NCBI RefSeq assembly: GCF_000143415.4
Contig: NW_003314285.1
Coordinates: 1,433,412-1,497,411, forward strand
Reading direction: 5' to 3'
DNA from: Selaginella moellendorffii
Lineage: Eukaryota > Plantae > Lycopodiophyta
DNA length: 64,000 nucleotides
The notes under the pieces are model-generated. The model saw only the letters and a list, made by a program, of their open reading frames with translations, was not told where the DNA came from and searched no databases. This document shows positions 1-10,146 of the stretch, piece after piece (the first letter of the stretch is position 1; the number at the start of each line of letters is the position of its first letter). The position numbers and the translations under genes were made by a program.

Positions 1-411
1 AACAGAGTTCTTCCACACAACCTGCGTGTAGTGTCCACAGACCTTCCCCGCCGCGCAAGTGTTTGACGCATAGTTGTAGTCGACTCGCTCGTTCACCCAG
101 GCAGCCACAGCGTCAGTGGCGGGAGGAGCAGGCAAGCCGGGACTTCCCCACCACTTCCACAGATTCTCGCCATATCTCCCACCCGAGTGGATCAGCGCGC
201 AGTTGTTTTGATCCCGGAGAGTTGCCGCCCAGCTTGATGCAAACGCGGCCACTGTATCGTCCCAAACCAGCCCCGAGACATTCACAGCCGACCGAGCTGC
301 GTTGTGTGCGCCGACAAGATCAATCTGCTGGCTTGCTTGAAGAACAACCAAAGCATCACAAAAGAAGATCGCCAGAGTTGCAAAGAGGAGAGGAGAGCAA
401 GGAGATTTCAT
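1..411 (-). CDS. PR1: Pathogenesis-related protein 1 (CAP/SCP domain), 3' end runs off the window
   Basis: Not in the ORF track. Manual minus-strand translation from the ATG at 411 gives a signal-peptide-like [17 protein letters not shown], then [67 protein letters not shown], which carries the CAP motifs. Confidence 0.95.
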   Translation of the reverse strand, partial: MKSPCSPLLFATLAIFFCDALVVLQASQQIDLVGAHNAARSAVNVSGLVWDDTVAAFASSWAATLRDQNNCALIHSGGRYGENLWKWWGSPGLPAPPATDAVAAWVNERVDYNYASNTCAAGKVCGHYTQVVWKNSV

Positions 412-1430
412 GTTGCTGGGGCGATGTTCACAATCAAGAGCAAACTCCTACGTTTATATGCAAAGTCGTTGTTCTGATCGAGTTTTTCCACTTGTGGCGC
501 CGACTTAGCGCTTGCGATTGTATACGATTTTTTGCTGCGACGGTGACCCATGAATCGAGTACGTTTTAGTTTGGTGCTCCATGACTTTAGCCGCCTCTTT
601 TTCTTCCACAGCTCGAGGAGCTTCTCTTCTGGACACCCTCTGGATACAAATTCATGGATCTTTCTTTGGCAGTTTCCTCAAGCAACTTGAATCCTCCACA
701 TGAATCCATTACCAACACTTCAGTGTTTGCGTGAACTAACTGTATCCCACGCAAAGGATTCTATTTTGTATTCAAGGTGGTGGTGATGGTCTTTATCTTG
801 GGATTAAAGACTGCAAAATAAGCATACAAACCATGACAGACAGCAGTTGGTCCTTGTCAGCGATTTAAACAGCGAAGCAAACATTCCAGGCTCAGTAATC
901 TAGTCTAGTCCTCGAAACCAAAGAAAAAAAAAACAAAGAAAAAATTTCCGTGCAATCCCAAATCTCTCACTTGCACATGTTCTATCCACCCCAAAGGTTT
1001 TTGACACACTATATTACACTGGTTGGTGTGCCAACATCGCCAACTTTGAGAGATTTTAAGACACCCCAAAAGAGCAAATCACTCCATCGTCTCTTTTGAA
1101 TCCATCTTCACTTGAGTGGATCCCAAAGAGAGGAAAGAGAGAAATTACAGAATTGTGAGAAAATCTTATATAACACACCGGTGGGTAGTCCTGTCTTCTA
1201 CTCCCAAAAAATCTCCTTGTTCCCTAGTGGGGCTCGATCTGTACAGCTTTGTTTTTGTTCTTCCATTGTCACTCTCAAACTTTTCTCGAATCTCTTCCAG
1301 TGTGAAGCTTCACAAAACGAAAAAAAGAAGAATTACATTAGAGCCATCAATCCTAAATGCAAAGTAAGCCTCGACACGATCGATCCAAGTCACTGTTTGA
1401 TCCGATCTCGCGTAGTTTTTGCGTTTAATC

Positions 1431-2735
1431 TCAGCGCCCCTGCTTGCTACCACCCCTGCTCTTGTTAAAAGTCCTCAGCGGAGTTAGATAGAATCCCCAG
1501 TCACTGTTACCGTTACCGCTACCATGGGCCGTCGGATTTGCCAGGACGGACGACGGCGATTCGCTCCGTATCATCCGGCGCCACCCGCCCGTGCTCCGGC
1601 TCCTCTGCAGCACGGTCGGGCTGGCACACGTGGCGGCCGCGCACTTGCGGTCGATGTCCATCAAGGACGCCACGCTGGACCTCGGCCCCGCCACGTACGC
1701 GGCACCCCCGTCCCCGCTGTCCTCCACGTCATACGCCGCGTTGGTAATCACCTTGGTCATGTCCAGCGCGATGAGCGAGGCCACCCGGGGTTCGATTCCT
1801 TGCGCCGACGCCCTCGGGGGCTCCAAGGAGGAGGTCGCGGGGTCGATTCCAGTGGGCGCGCCGGGATGGTCGAGTGGAGGGTCCCCGAGAGGAGTGAAGC
1901 TCTTCTTGATCACGCGCCCCGAGGAGACCGATCGGCTGCGCCACAGGCGATCGCGATCGGCGTGCGCCCCGCGGTGGTGGAAATCGTCGTTCCAGGCCTC
2001 GGGAGGGAAGAAATTCGTCTCCACGGCGCCGTTGTGGCTGGACTTCTTCTTCCTCTTGCGCAGCCCAAAGAGGGAGGAGATCCAGGAGAGCTTGCCGCCG
2101 CCGCCGCTGTGGTGATGGGGATTCCTGGCGCCGCGATGATCCCTGTCAACGTGATGAGCCACGGGCGTGGCGGATGCCGATACCAGGGGACTGTGATAGG
2201 ATCCAGCGGCATTCTTGGAGTTCCGAGCGGAGGAGAATCCATCCGCTGGAAACCCTCCTTCCCCCCCATTTCTTGAATCGGGAGCGGCGAATCGCGCAAA
2301 CGCTGGATCCTTGGTGCTAGAGCTCCGCCGCGGCGGGTGCTGCTGCTGCCACTGCGAGAGAGATTTGGACCTGGGAAGACACGATGGAACGCTCTGCTCT
2401 ACCTCTTCGTCGTCCTCCTCGCCTACATCCCCCTCTTTCTCCTCGATTCGAGCCACTGCCTCCTCGCTATCGCTCTCCATGAGCGAGAAGATCGTGCCGA
2501 GCTTACCGACGACGCTGCCGCTGCCGCATTTGCCATTGCCGTTGCTGTCGTCGGTCTTGGAGCACGAGGAGGAATCGAAGGAGCTCCTGGAGGAGGAGGA
2601 ATTCGGGAGGAGCGTGTGGCTGCTGGAAGAATCGCCCGAGAGAGAGAGCCGGACGAGGCGATCCCGGAGGCACAAGTGACAAACCCCCACCGGCTGCCTC
2701 TTGCTGGGATGAACCAAGCACACCCCTGGATCCAT
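1431..2735 (-). CDS. DUF740 / OCTOPUS-like protein, intronless
   Basis: N-terminal C-x2-HP-x5-GVC-x2-CLRDRL motif followed by a long Ser-rich region. First ATG at 2735; the ORF track starts at an upstream TTG. Confidence 0.8.
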   Translation of the reverse strand: MDPGVCLVHPSKRQPVGVCHLCLRDRLVRLSLSGDSSSSHTLLPNSSSSRSSFDSSSCSKTDDSNGNGKCGSGSVVGKLGTIFSLMESDSEEAVARIEEKEGDVGEEDDEEVEQSVPSCLPRSKSLSQWQQQHPPRRSSSTKDPAFARFAAPDSRNGGEGGFPADGFSSARNSKNAAGSYHSPLVSASATPVAHHVDRDHRGARNPHHHSGGGGKLSWISSLFGLRKRKKKSSHNGAVETNFFPPEAWNDDFHHRGAHADRDRLWRSRSVSSGRVIKKSFTPLGDPPLDHPGAPTGIDPATSSLEPPRASAQGIEPRVASLIALDMTKVITNAAYDVEDSGDGGAAYVAGPRSSVASLMDIDRKCAAATCASPTVLQRSRSTGGWRRMIRSESPSSVLANPTAHGSGNGNSDWGFYLTPLRTFNKSRGGSKQGR

Positions 2736-4312
2736 CGCCAAATCGATCTAGTAGCAGCGAGCGCGAGAGGGAGAGAAGAAGAAGAATCGATCGATTGCTC
2801 CTGGAAATCCCGGCCAATTCGCGCAAGAACACGCCGCTAGGCTAGATCGTGGCGGTCAAGGCGAGTGAAATCCTCCAGAGAAGAAAATGGAGCCATCCAT
2901 CTTCACTAGCGTCTAAACCCTAAGCCAGCCGTTTTACACGCAATTAATCCTAACCCTCGCCCATTTAATTAACCGCGCGTGGATATTCGCTGCCGCCAGC
3001 GTCCATTCAATGCCAGATATTCGCTCCCGGGAGAAATCTGGGCCGTTGGGCCGCGAGTTTTAATTGCACCTCCTTTATACCTTGGCTGGGCGATGTGTAA
3101 ATCTCTTAAAAATTCGCTATTCTTCCGCCTGGCAGCGCTGCGCTGTTGTGGCGACTGTTTGAATGGATCTCCGCGAATTTCTTTTTGTCTGTTGATCCCG
3201 AATCGTCACTCGCCACTGCCGTTGATTGGTCGCTGTTGCTTTCAGCGGAAAAAAATGCTACTACCATCTTCGTCTTCCTTCCTGAGAGATTTGCAAAGAC
3301 GAGAGAGTGAGCGAGTGGCGGTCGAAGTCAGCTTAATAACAAAGTGAGTGGTGTGGACGAGCCAAAGTGATGATCGATCCAGAAAAACCAGCGGGGCGAG
3401 AGTGTAAATACCTTTGTGATTGATTGATCGATCCATCCATCGGTCGCTTCCCTGCTGTACCGCTGCAACGCCTGTCTTCCTCTTAGCAAGATCACGAGCG
3501 ATCACCACCTGTAAGCATGCCGTGCATAAAAACAACGGAGGAATTCTTTCTCCTGCTTTTCTGTTTGTACCTGTTCTCGATCCAGCGCTGCAGTGACATC
3601 ACGGACCAGCTGCAGCGAAACTGGCCATGGGTCTCCTCAAAATGCCTCTTGTTTGGATGCGCTCGCTTGTTTTCTTCTTTGCGGCTGATAAGTCAAGCAA
3701 AAAGATTAGTCAATGCGGAGAAAAGGAGACAAAGTATGCTGTGATGCTTACTTGAATATCATAAGTGGATTGGAGTCGGAGTGGTCCCGTAAAGGCCATC
3801 GTCACAGATGACAATCGCAGAAGAAATCCTTTTCCCCGCTCTCACTTCTCCCCTGCCGAAATCAAATCGAGCTCCCAAACCATGGAAACGTTTTCATGTG
3901 AGCGCAGCAGCTCCAGCACGTGAAAACCTTCAAGCGCTCCTGTCTGCGAGTGTGCAGTGCCCTTTCCTATACGTACCCAAATTCATGAACTAGAGATCCA
4001 AAAACAAATGCCAAGCGAGAGAGGTACTATACCGATGCGCAGAGAGAGAGCTAGAAATTTATTTCCCAGTGTTGGGTGTGGTCGCCTGCAAATGCCCTGT
4101 CCCTCGAGACGAGCATCTTTGGCAACCGCAATTTTCTGGCTACGCAACAACTGCCGTGAGTCGCATTTACAGGCCATACCGCAAAGCTTGACGCCTTTTG
4201 ATTCTCTCACCAGACATATCACTGTAAAGATACAAGAGAGAGGAAGGACCGTCAGCAAAGCTTGGTTGCTTTACTGAGAAACTTACGGAAATAGGAAAGA
4301 ACTGGCACTCCT

Positions 4313-4785
4313 TCATTCGATTTGGATCTCTTCGGGACCGCCATCGTCCTTGTCTGTGATCGTCTCCAGCTTCTCGTCAGCCTGGAGCTTCGCTGCCGTG
4401 GCAGTCTTTTCGATCCAGCCTTTGAGAGGCTCCTCGTTTAAGTCGAGGCGGAGCATTCCCGCAAAGACGCCACCGAGGAAAGCGATCGGTTCCTGTTAGA
4501 TAAAACACGCAGGCTTTCTTTCTCAGAGAGTTTTATATAACCAAAGCGTCATACCTTGAGAGCTTCCTTCACGATTGGATCCTCTCTGGGATCAAAAAAT
4601 GCCGCTACTTTGGTGGCTGGCCTTCTGCTTTGGCGGGCGAATTTTGGAGTACGAGAAAGATCGTGCTGGAATACTGGGAAAACTGCCTGGAACGTAGCAA
4701 AATCTTAGCATGAGATAGGAGAAAACCACCAGACAAATCTAAATACCTTGTTCATGAAGCAGCTGGAAGAAGATAGGAGAGCCAT
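4313..4785 (-). CDS. UPF0426-family chloroplast protein (At1g28150-like), 3 coding exons
   Basis: Spliced translation MALLSSSSCFMNK|AVFPVF..AFFDPREDPIVKEALK|EPIAFLGGVFAGMLRLDLNEEPLKGWIEKT..PEEIQIE*, with GT-AG introns and a transit-peptide-like N-terminus. Confidence 0.85.
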
Positions 4786-5017
4786 GACGATACCTGTCTA
4801 CCACAACACAAATATTTCGAGATTTAGATCAATTTTGCTAGAGAAAAACCATGTACATCGATCGGGCAATGCCAAAGCAAGCAAATCTCTGCTGCATTGG
4901 CTGGAAATCACATGCCCGATCGAGGCGGAGCTGCTATCGCTTCAATGGAACGAGCTAATCGGCACGAAATCTCGCCGGATAGCCAGAGAAGAAGCGTCAA
5001 TCGATCACATACCTTGT

Positions 5018-5093
5018 TAAACCCTAGTCGCGAGAAAGAATATCCACTCTCCTCTACTGGGAAGTTTTAATGCGTCTCTAGGGTTAGGGTTTA
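5018..5093. promoter_or_regulatory. Telo-box cluster in the divergent UPF0426/RID3 promoter
   Basis: AAACCCTA at about 5019 and TAGGGTTAGGGTTT at about 5078-5092. Telo-boxes are typical of ribosome-biogenesis and translation gene promoters. Confidence 0.55.
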
Positions 5094-5134
5094 TAGGGAG
5101 GAGAGAATTACGGCCTGGAGAGGGCCGTCCTTGG

Positions 5135-7083
5135 ATGGGGCAAGCTGGCGACGGTGAGAGAAGCTGTGATCGCCTGCTCCAATCTGGATGCTGGCGTGAC
5201 GGTGTGGGATTTGGCGTCGGGCGTGCCGCTGTCGCACCTCCGATCGTGCGCGGCGCCGCGCAATGCCTTGGCGTGTGTTGGACACCATTTCCTGGCGGCA
5301 TCGCAGATCCACAAGACTGCTAACAATGCCGGCGGCACGATCTTCTTCTGGACCTGGCACAAGGTGAGTGAGAGCAGGAATCGATCGATTTCTTCTTGCC
5401 AAAATCTCGAATTTGATCGGCCGTTTCATTCATTTTCTTTTCCTCTGCGTAGAACCAAGTGGCTTTCAAGAGCTATCCCGTGGAGCCGATCGAGCCTCTA
5501 GCTTGCACTGCCGATGGAGTTTACTTGGCGGGAGGAGGATCGTCGGGAAGAATTTATCTCTGGGAGGTGAGACTTCTCTTAACTTTGTGATTCACACCAT
5601 GACACGGGATTCTGGCAAAGGTCTCGAGTGGAAGATTGCTGCGAGTGTGGGCCGGGCACTACAAAGCCGTCAAGTGCCTCGTCTTCTCCGACGATGATTC
5701 GCTACTCATCTCTGGTGCCGAGGATGGACTCGTCAATGTCTATCCTCTCGTGAGGTAAGTTTGATCCGATCGATCGAGCTTTTCTCCTTGAAGCTTTCTT
5801 CTCATCCTTTCCGGCTTCCTTCCAGGGCCCTGGACAGCATCGAAGAAGCCGGGGAGACCCAGGTACCTTACATGCACAAATGGTCGGATCACACACTTCC
5901 AGTCACTGGATTGCTGGCCGGCTCTGGTGGTTCTAGCGCGATCATCGTCTCGTGCTCACTAGACCACACCTGCAAGGTACGTTTCTTTAGCTCTTCGCAG
6001 CAGCGTGTTAGTTTTTCCAGCTTACCGCGAGAGTTTGTATAGATATGGAGCTTGGCTCTCGGAGCTCTACTCCGGTCGATACTCTTCCCCACTCCCATCA
6101 ATGCTGTTGCACTTGATCCAGGGGAGTACGCGCTCTACGCCGGTGGAGTCGATGGCAGGATTTTTATCACGGCTCTAAACTTCGGTGTTCCATCGGGGTC
6201 TGGCTTGCATTCCGCGGATGGGCTACTCGGTGCTGACGGGATCGGCCACAGGTTGTGTGCTTTCTAAAGTTTTGTTGTTCCAATCCACCCGTCCGACTGC
6301 TTTTGACTAATCTGGAGTTGTTCTTGATAGAGCAGCCGTGCTATTACTGCTCTAGCATTTAGCATGGATGGGGTGTCGCTCGTCTCTGGCTCCGAGGACT
6401 GCACTGTCCGGTTGTGGGACACCGTGAGCCGCCAGGTTCTTCGGACGTTTTCTCACAGCAAAGGTGACCGACCAAAGTTTCTTTTTGTCTCTCCCAACGC
6501 AAAAGTTGCTTTGCTTTGCTGGTTTCTTGCAGGTCCTGTGAGCAGCCTTTTGGTGATACCACGGCCCTCGTCCCTGCTCAGCTCTACAGATCAGCAAGGC
6601 CGTCAAATCAACCGTCGCTTACCAACGCTTCCAGTGGTTCCGTTGAGCAAGTACGTAACAGTCGAGTCAGTGGCACAAGACTTCAAGCCTTGGGAAGGCC
6701 CCCCGGTTGTCCTTCCGTTAACTTGTCCTGCTGATGACGAGGATGCCGAGGGCTACTCTCACAGTATGGTCGCCATGGGAAGACAAATAAGAGAACTAGA
6801 GGTAAGAAAGAGTTTTTTGCCTGGATGAGAGACCGTTGACGGGTTTTGATGACAGCAACAAGGCTCCACGGCAGCGATGCAAATGGAGCTGGAGAGATTG
6901 CGATCGGAGCTCCGGCGGGCTCTTAACAATGGCCAGCAGTGGCAGCAATTGCACCAAGAACTTTACTGTTTCTGCGTGGACGAATTGATGGGTGGGAACC
7001 GGGACAGGGAAGACGACGGAGAGAACAAGGAAAGAACCAAGGGAAGAGCCAGCAAGCTGGGGGACAAGATGCGTGACAAGTAA
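5135..7083 (+). CDS. RID3: WD40 protein ROOT INITIATION DEFECTIVE 3 (Ipi3/WDR18 homolog), multi-exon; start codon out of frame as assembled
   Basis: Exons translate to AVIACSNLDAGVTVWDL..FLAASQ..GTIFFWTWHK|NQVAFKSYPVEPI..GGGSSGRIYLWE|..HYKAVKCLVFSDDDSLLISGAEDG..SLDHTCK..FPTPINAVALDPGE..VSGSEDCTVRLWD, with a C-terminal coiled coil ending at TAA 7083. Confidence 0.88.
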
Positions 7084-7102
7084 GCACAGATTTTGAGGAG
7101 GT

Positions 7103-9643
7103 TTAGGAGGTAGTGGATCGACTCAAACTACTGGTGAGAGACACTGCTTGATTAGAAGTTGTCAATTGTTGCACAGCCTATTATAACCAGACTTTGTGTT
7201 AGAGGACGAAGAACTGAGTTGATATATATACGTACTTGCATCGCAGCTAAGCGTCTTGCCACGCGCTTCTCTTCGTGCTCGCAGCAGCTGACGCGCTCAT
7301 TGTCGATCACAACATCGGCGCGTATGAAACCGTCCACCTCAGTGCACTGGATGTCGAGAGCAAGTCTTTGCTCTCTACACAAGGTCTCGAGCTGCTTGAC
7401 TGGATGGAGCATCACGTTTTCCGGAGTGGCGATTGGTTCTAAGAGCCTTTCATACACCTGAAGATGAGAGAAGTTACAAGAAAGTATACTCCAAAATATA
7501 CGACTTACCTTCCAAACGATATTTGGTTCGTATTCCGAGTCGATAAAAATTGAAGCTGCCAGTGTTTGAATCATGTCTCCAAGCAGCTGAAACAGAGAAT
7601 AAGCAGACAGGATCATTGGAGGACTTGGCTTACTTTTGGTGAGTTTAGTCTGGAAATGCCGAAAGTCGAGCATGCTTTCCCCCTTGCAAGCTCTTCGACA
7701 AGTGATTCTGCGAACTCGGCAATTTGAGGGACGAAGTGGACCTTCTGAAGATAGACGTGAAAGCCATGACGAATACTGACACAGGAATAGTGCTCCTTGT
7801 TGATCGTTGCCTGCTTTAAGGTGTTGAGGCGACCGGCCGACTGGTCCGGGAATGATCTGACCAAGTGCCGTGTCACGAGGTAGTCCAGCACTGCATCGCC
7901 GAGAAACTCTAGACGCCTGAAAGTGAAGTTGTCGTCATGAAAGCTCAGAGCAACTCGCAAGACCTGCTTGTTCCTGAACTGATAGCCGAGTTTCTCTTGT
8001 AGTTCGTTCAAATCATCGTCTGTTAATGATCCGCAGCCTGTGACTTCGAATCTGTGATGATCTTCGGCCCCAGGAGGAAACCGGACTGGTATCTGGAGCC
8101 AGTTCGCTGCTGCCATAGCGGCAGCAAGTTCCCCTTCCAGCACGCATGCCCCCAGAACGGCTTCTACCACGTCCGCCAGTGTCTTCGTCGAGAGCAGTTG
8201 TTCCGGAATCTCTGCCGCTGCTGGTATCATGCCCGGAGATATCCACTTCAGCGGCGAAAACATCTCCGCAAATACATACCGGTACAGATTCCGAGCTAGT
8301 GCCAAACTGGAAAGCGTGCTGTTGCAAACTATATTGTACAGCTCCAGGCCAAGCTCTTCACTGCCCATCGAAGGCGTCGTCGCGTAGACATACGTTCCAG
8401 CGACGATCTTCAGCACGCTGTCTCCTAACAGTTCTAGTGGCTCGTAAGATACATTGAAACAGCATGCTCTGGATGTCAAAGCCTCCAACAGCTAAAACCA
8501 CGTTTCAGTCCTCCAGAAAACAAACTTGCTACGAATTGTACCTTCAAAGCCGAGACCGGGACGTCCATTGCATCGCGCAGTTCTGCGGCTAGCAGTGCCA
8601 TCTCAAGCCTGTACATAACAGAAGGAAGCCGAAGAGCGCCTCTATGCAAGCTTCCCGGTAGTAAAGTTTTCGGAAGTACGCACTCCCTTCTTGAAAAGGT
8701 GACGGCTCTTAGCTTTTTCGTTAGTGTAGCATCTGGAAAGAAGAAACTCAGATCAAATGGTGATAGATAGTTAGAGTTTCATACCATTGTGTTTCGTGAG
8801 ATAGCTCAGTGCCCGGTGCGCCCTCACAGCAACAACTTCGTTCGAGTGTTTCGATAGAACGACGCACGATTTTCCAGCGCAAAGGATCAAGCTGTCAATC
8901 GCGATCTTCTCGTTCGAGGCCTGTGCTTCGGAAGCGATCATCGAGTCAGCGTAATGCAAACCTGAAGAAGTTGCAGCCGCCATCAAGTTCCAATCCACGG
9001 GCAGCTTAAACTCCTCTCTCCTCCATCGCCAAGTCTCTAGCAATGGAACGGCGTAGTAAAGCTTTGGACCTCTCGGTACTCCGATAGCCTCGCGTCTTGG
9101 GAGCGGCCCAGGACGAGATCGAAAAGCCATTTGGTAAATTCTTTGATCTTCACCACCTGGAATGAAAAGAGATCCAAGTAAGAAACTTCACACAAAGAGA
9201 GAGCATACTGTATAGTATACCTCGTCCGAGGGAACCAGCACTTCTCCAATCTCCTCTAGATGGGCACGGACTATGGAGTTTTCTTGGAGGAGCAATTCCA
9301 CTACCATCGCTGCCACGGCCGGATCGACTCTGGTGGGTAGAAGGATTGCAAACTCCGTGGCGTGCCGTTGCAATGGATCCTTGCCTTCCATCACAAGCTC
9401 ATAGCGTATGGCCACGGCATGGAACAAGATCCTGTCCGACGAATCGTCGACCCTTGGACTTGTCTGGACGACACCAGGAATGCCGCGCTCGTAGTGCCGT
9501 GGCGATGCAGTGAGCGGCGATTTGCCATCGCTAGGCGGCACAAGGGGATATTTCTTCTTGCCTGAATCTGGAGCAGCATTGCAATGGGAGATTTCCCCCA
9601 ATGCCGTGACAAGATCGTCGATCTTCTCCTCCAGGGCCTTCAT
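7103..9643 (-). CDS. Helicase-less DCL1-derived RNase III protein (platform, degenerate PAZ, connector, RNase IIIa, RNase IIIb, one dsRBD); 7 exons, 1-nt frameshift in exon 2
   Basis: Exons 9643-9221, 9156-8785, 8732-8542, 8491-7634, 7586-7509, 7457-7236, 7177-7103, all GT-AG. DCL1-like connector LPGSLHRGALRLPSVMYRLEMALLA. RIIIa YEPLELLGDSVLK..KTLADVVEA. RIIIb RLEFLGDAVLD..PKLLGDMIQT. dsRBD HPVKQLETLC..ARRLAA. May be a pseudogene. Confidence 0.8.
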
Positions 9644-10146
9644 CGCTCGCAAGAACGCGAATTTCCAGCTCCGATCGACTCGGAGAGCGAGAGAAAACCA
9701 GAAACCTCGAACAACAGGAGAAGATCCACCGATTCACCTCAGATACCTTCGGCGCTTGCAATCGCCGCCAAGGACGAGACTTTAGAGCTTGGATCGGCTC
9801 CGAGAGGGAAGGAAAGCTGGGCCAGCAACGCGATCGACCTCAAATCTTGCAGCGAGCTCCATGGAGGGAAAAACAATGCTGAAGAACAACCTAGTGATCC
9901 AACGGCTGGGATTAGCCGCGAGGTTTCATGGCTCCATATCCAAAAATTTGTTTCTGTAGAGACGATCTTTGGCTGCCACTCAAGCCTCTAGATTTAAATA
10001 CTATGGGAGAGAAACAAAGCCTCCATCTCGAATCTAGAACAAAGCATCTCTGCGACTAAAAAATATTCTTAGAAAGAACTTTGGCGATGGTAATTTAAGA
10101 TCATAGAAAGTGAAAAATCACGTTAATTCGCCTATGGTTTGTTTGT

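Noticed and set aside
63-569. 168-aa plus-strand ORF
   Set aside because: Antisense shadow of PR-1; no recognisable motif.
1524-2840. Several long plus-strand ORFs
   Set aside because: Shadows of the GC-rich DUF740 coding sequence.
3290-3320. AGAGAGTGAGC resembling part of miR156
   Set aside because: Only a partial match, and no complementary hairpin arm was visible.
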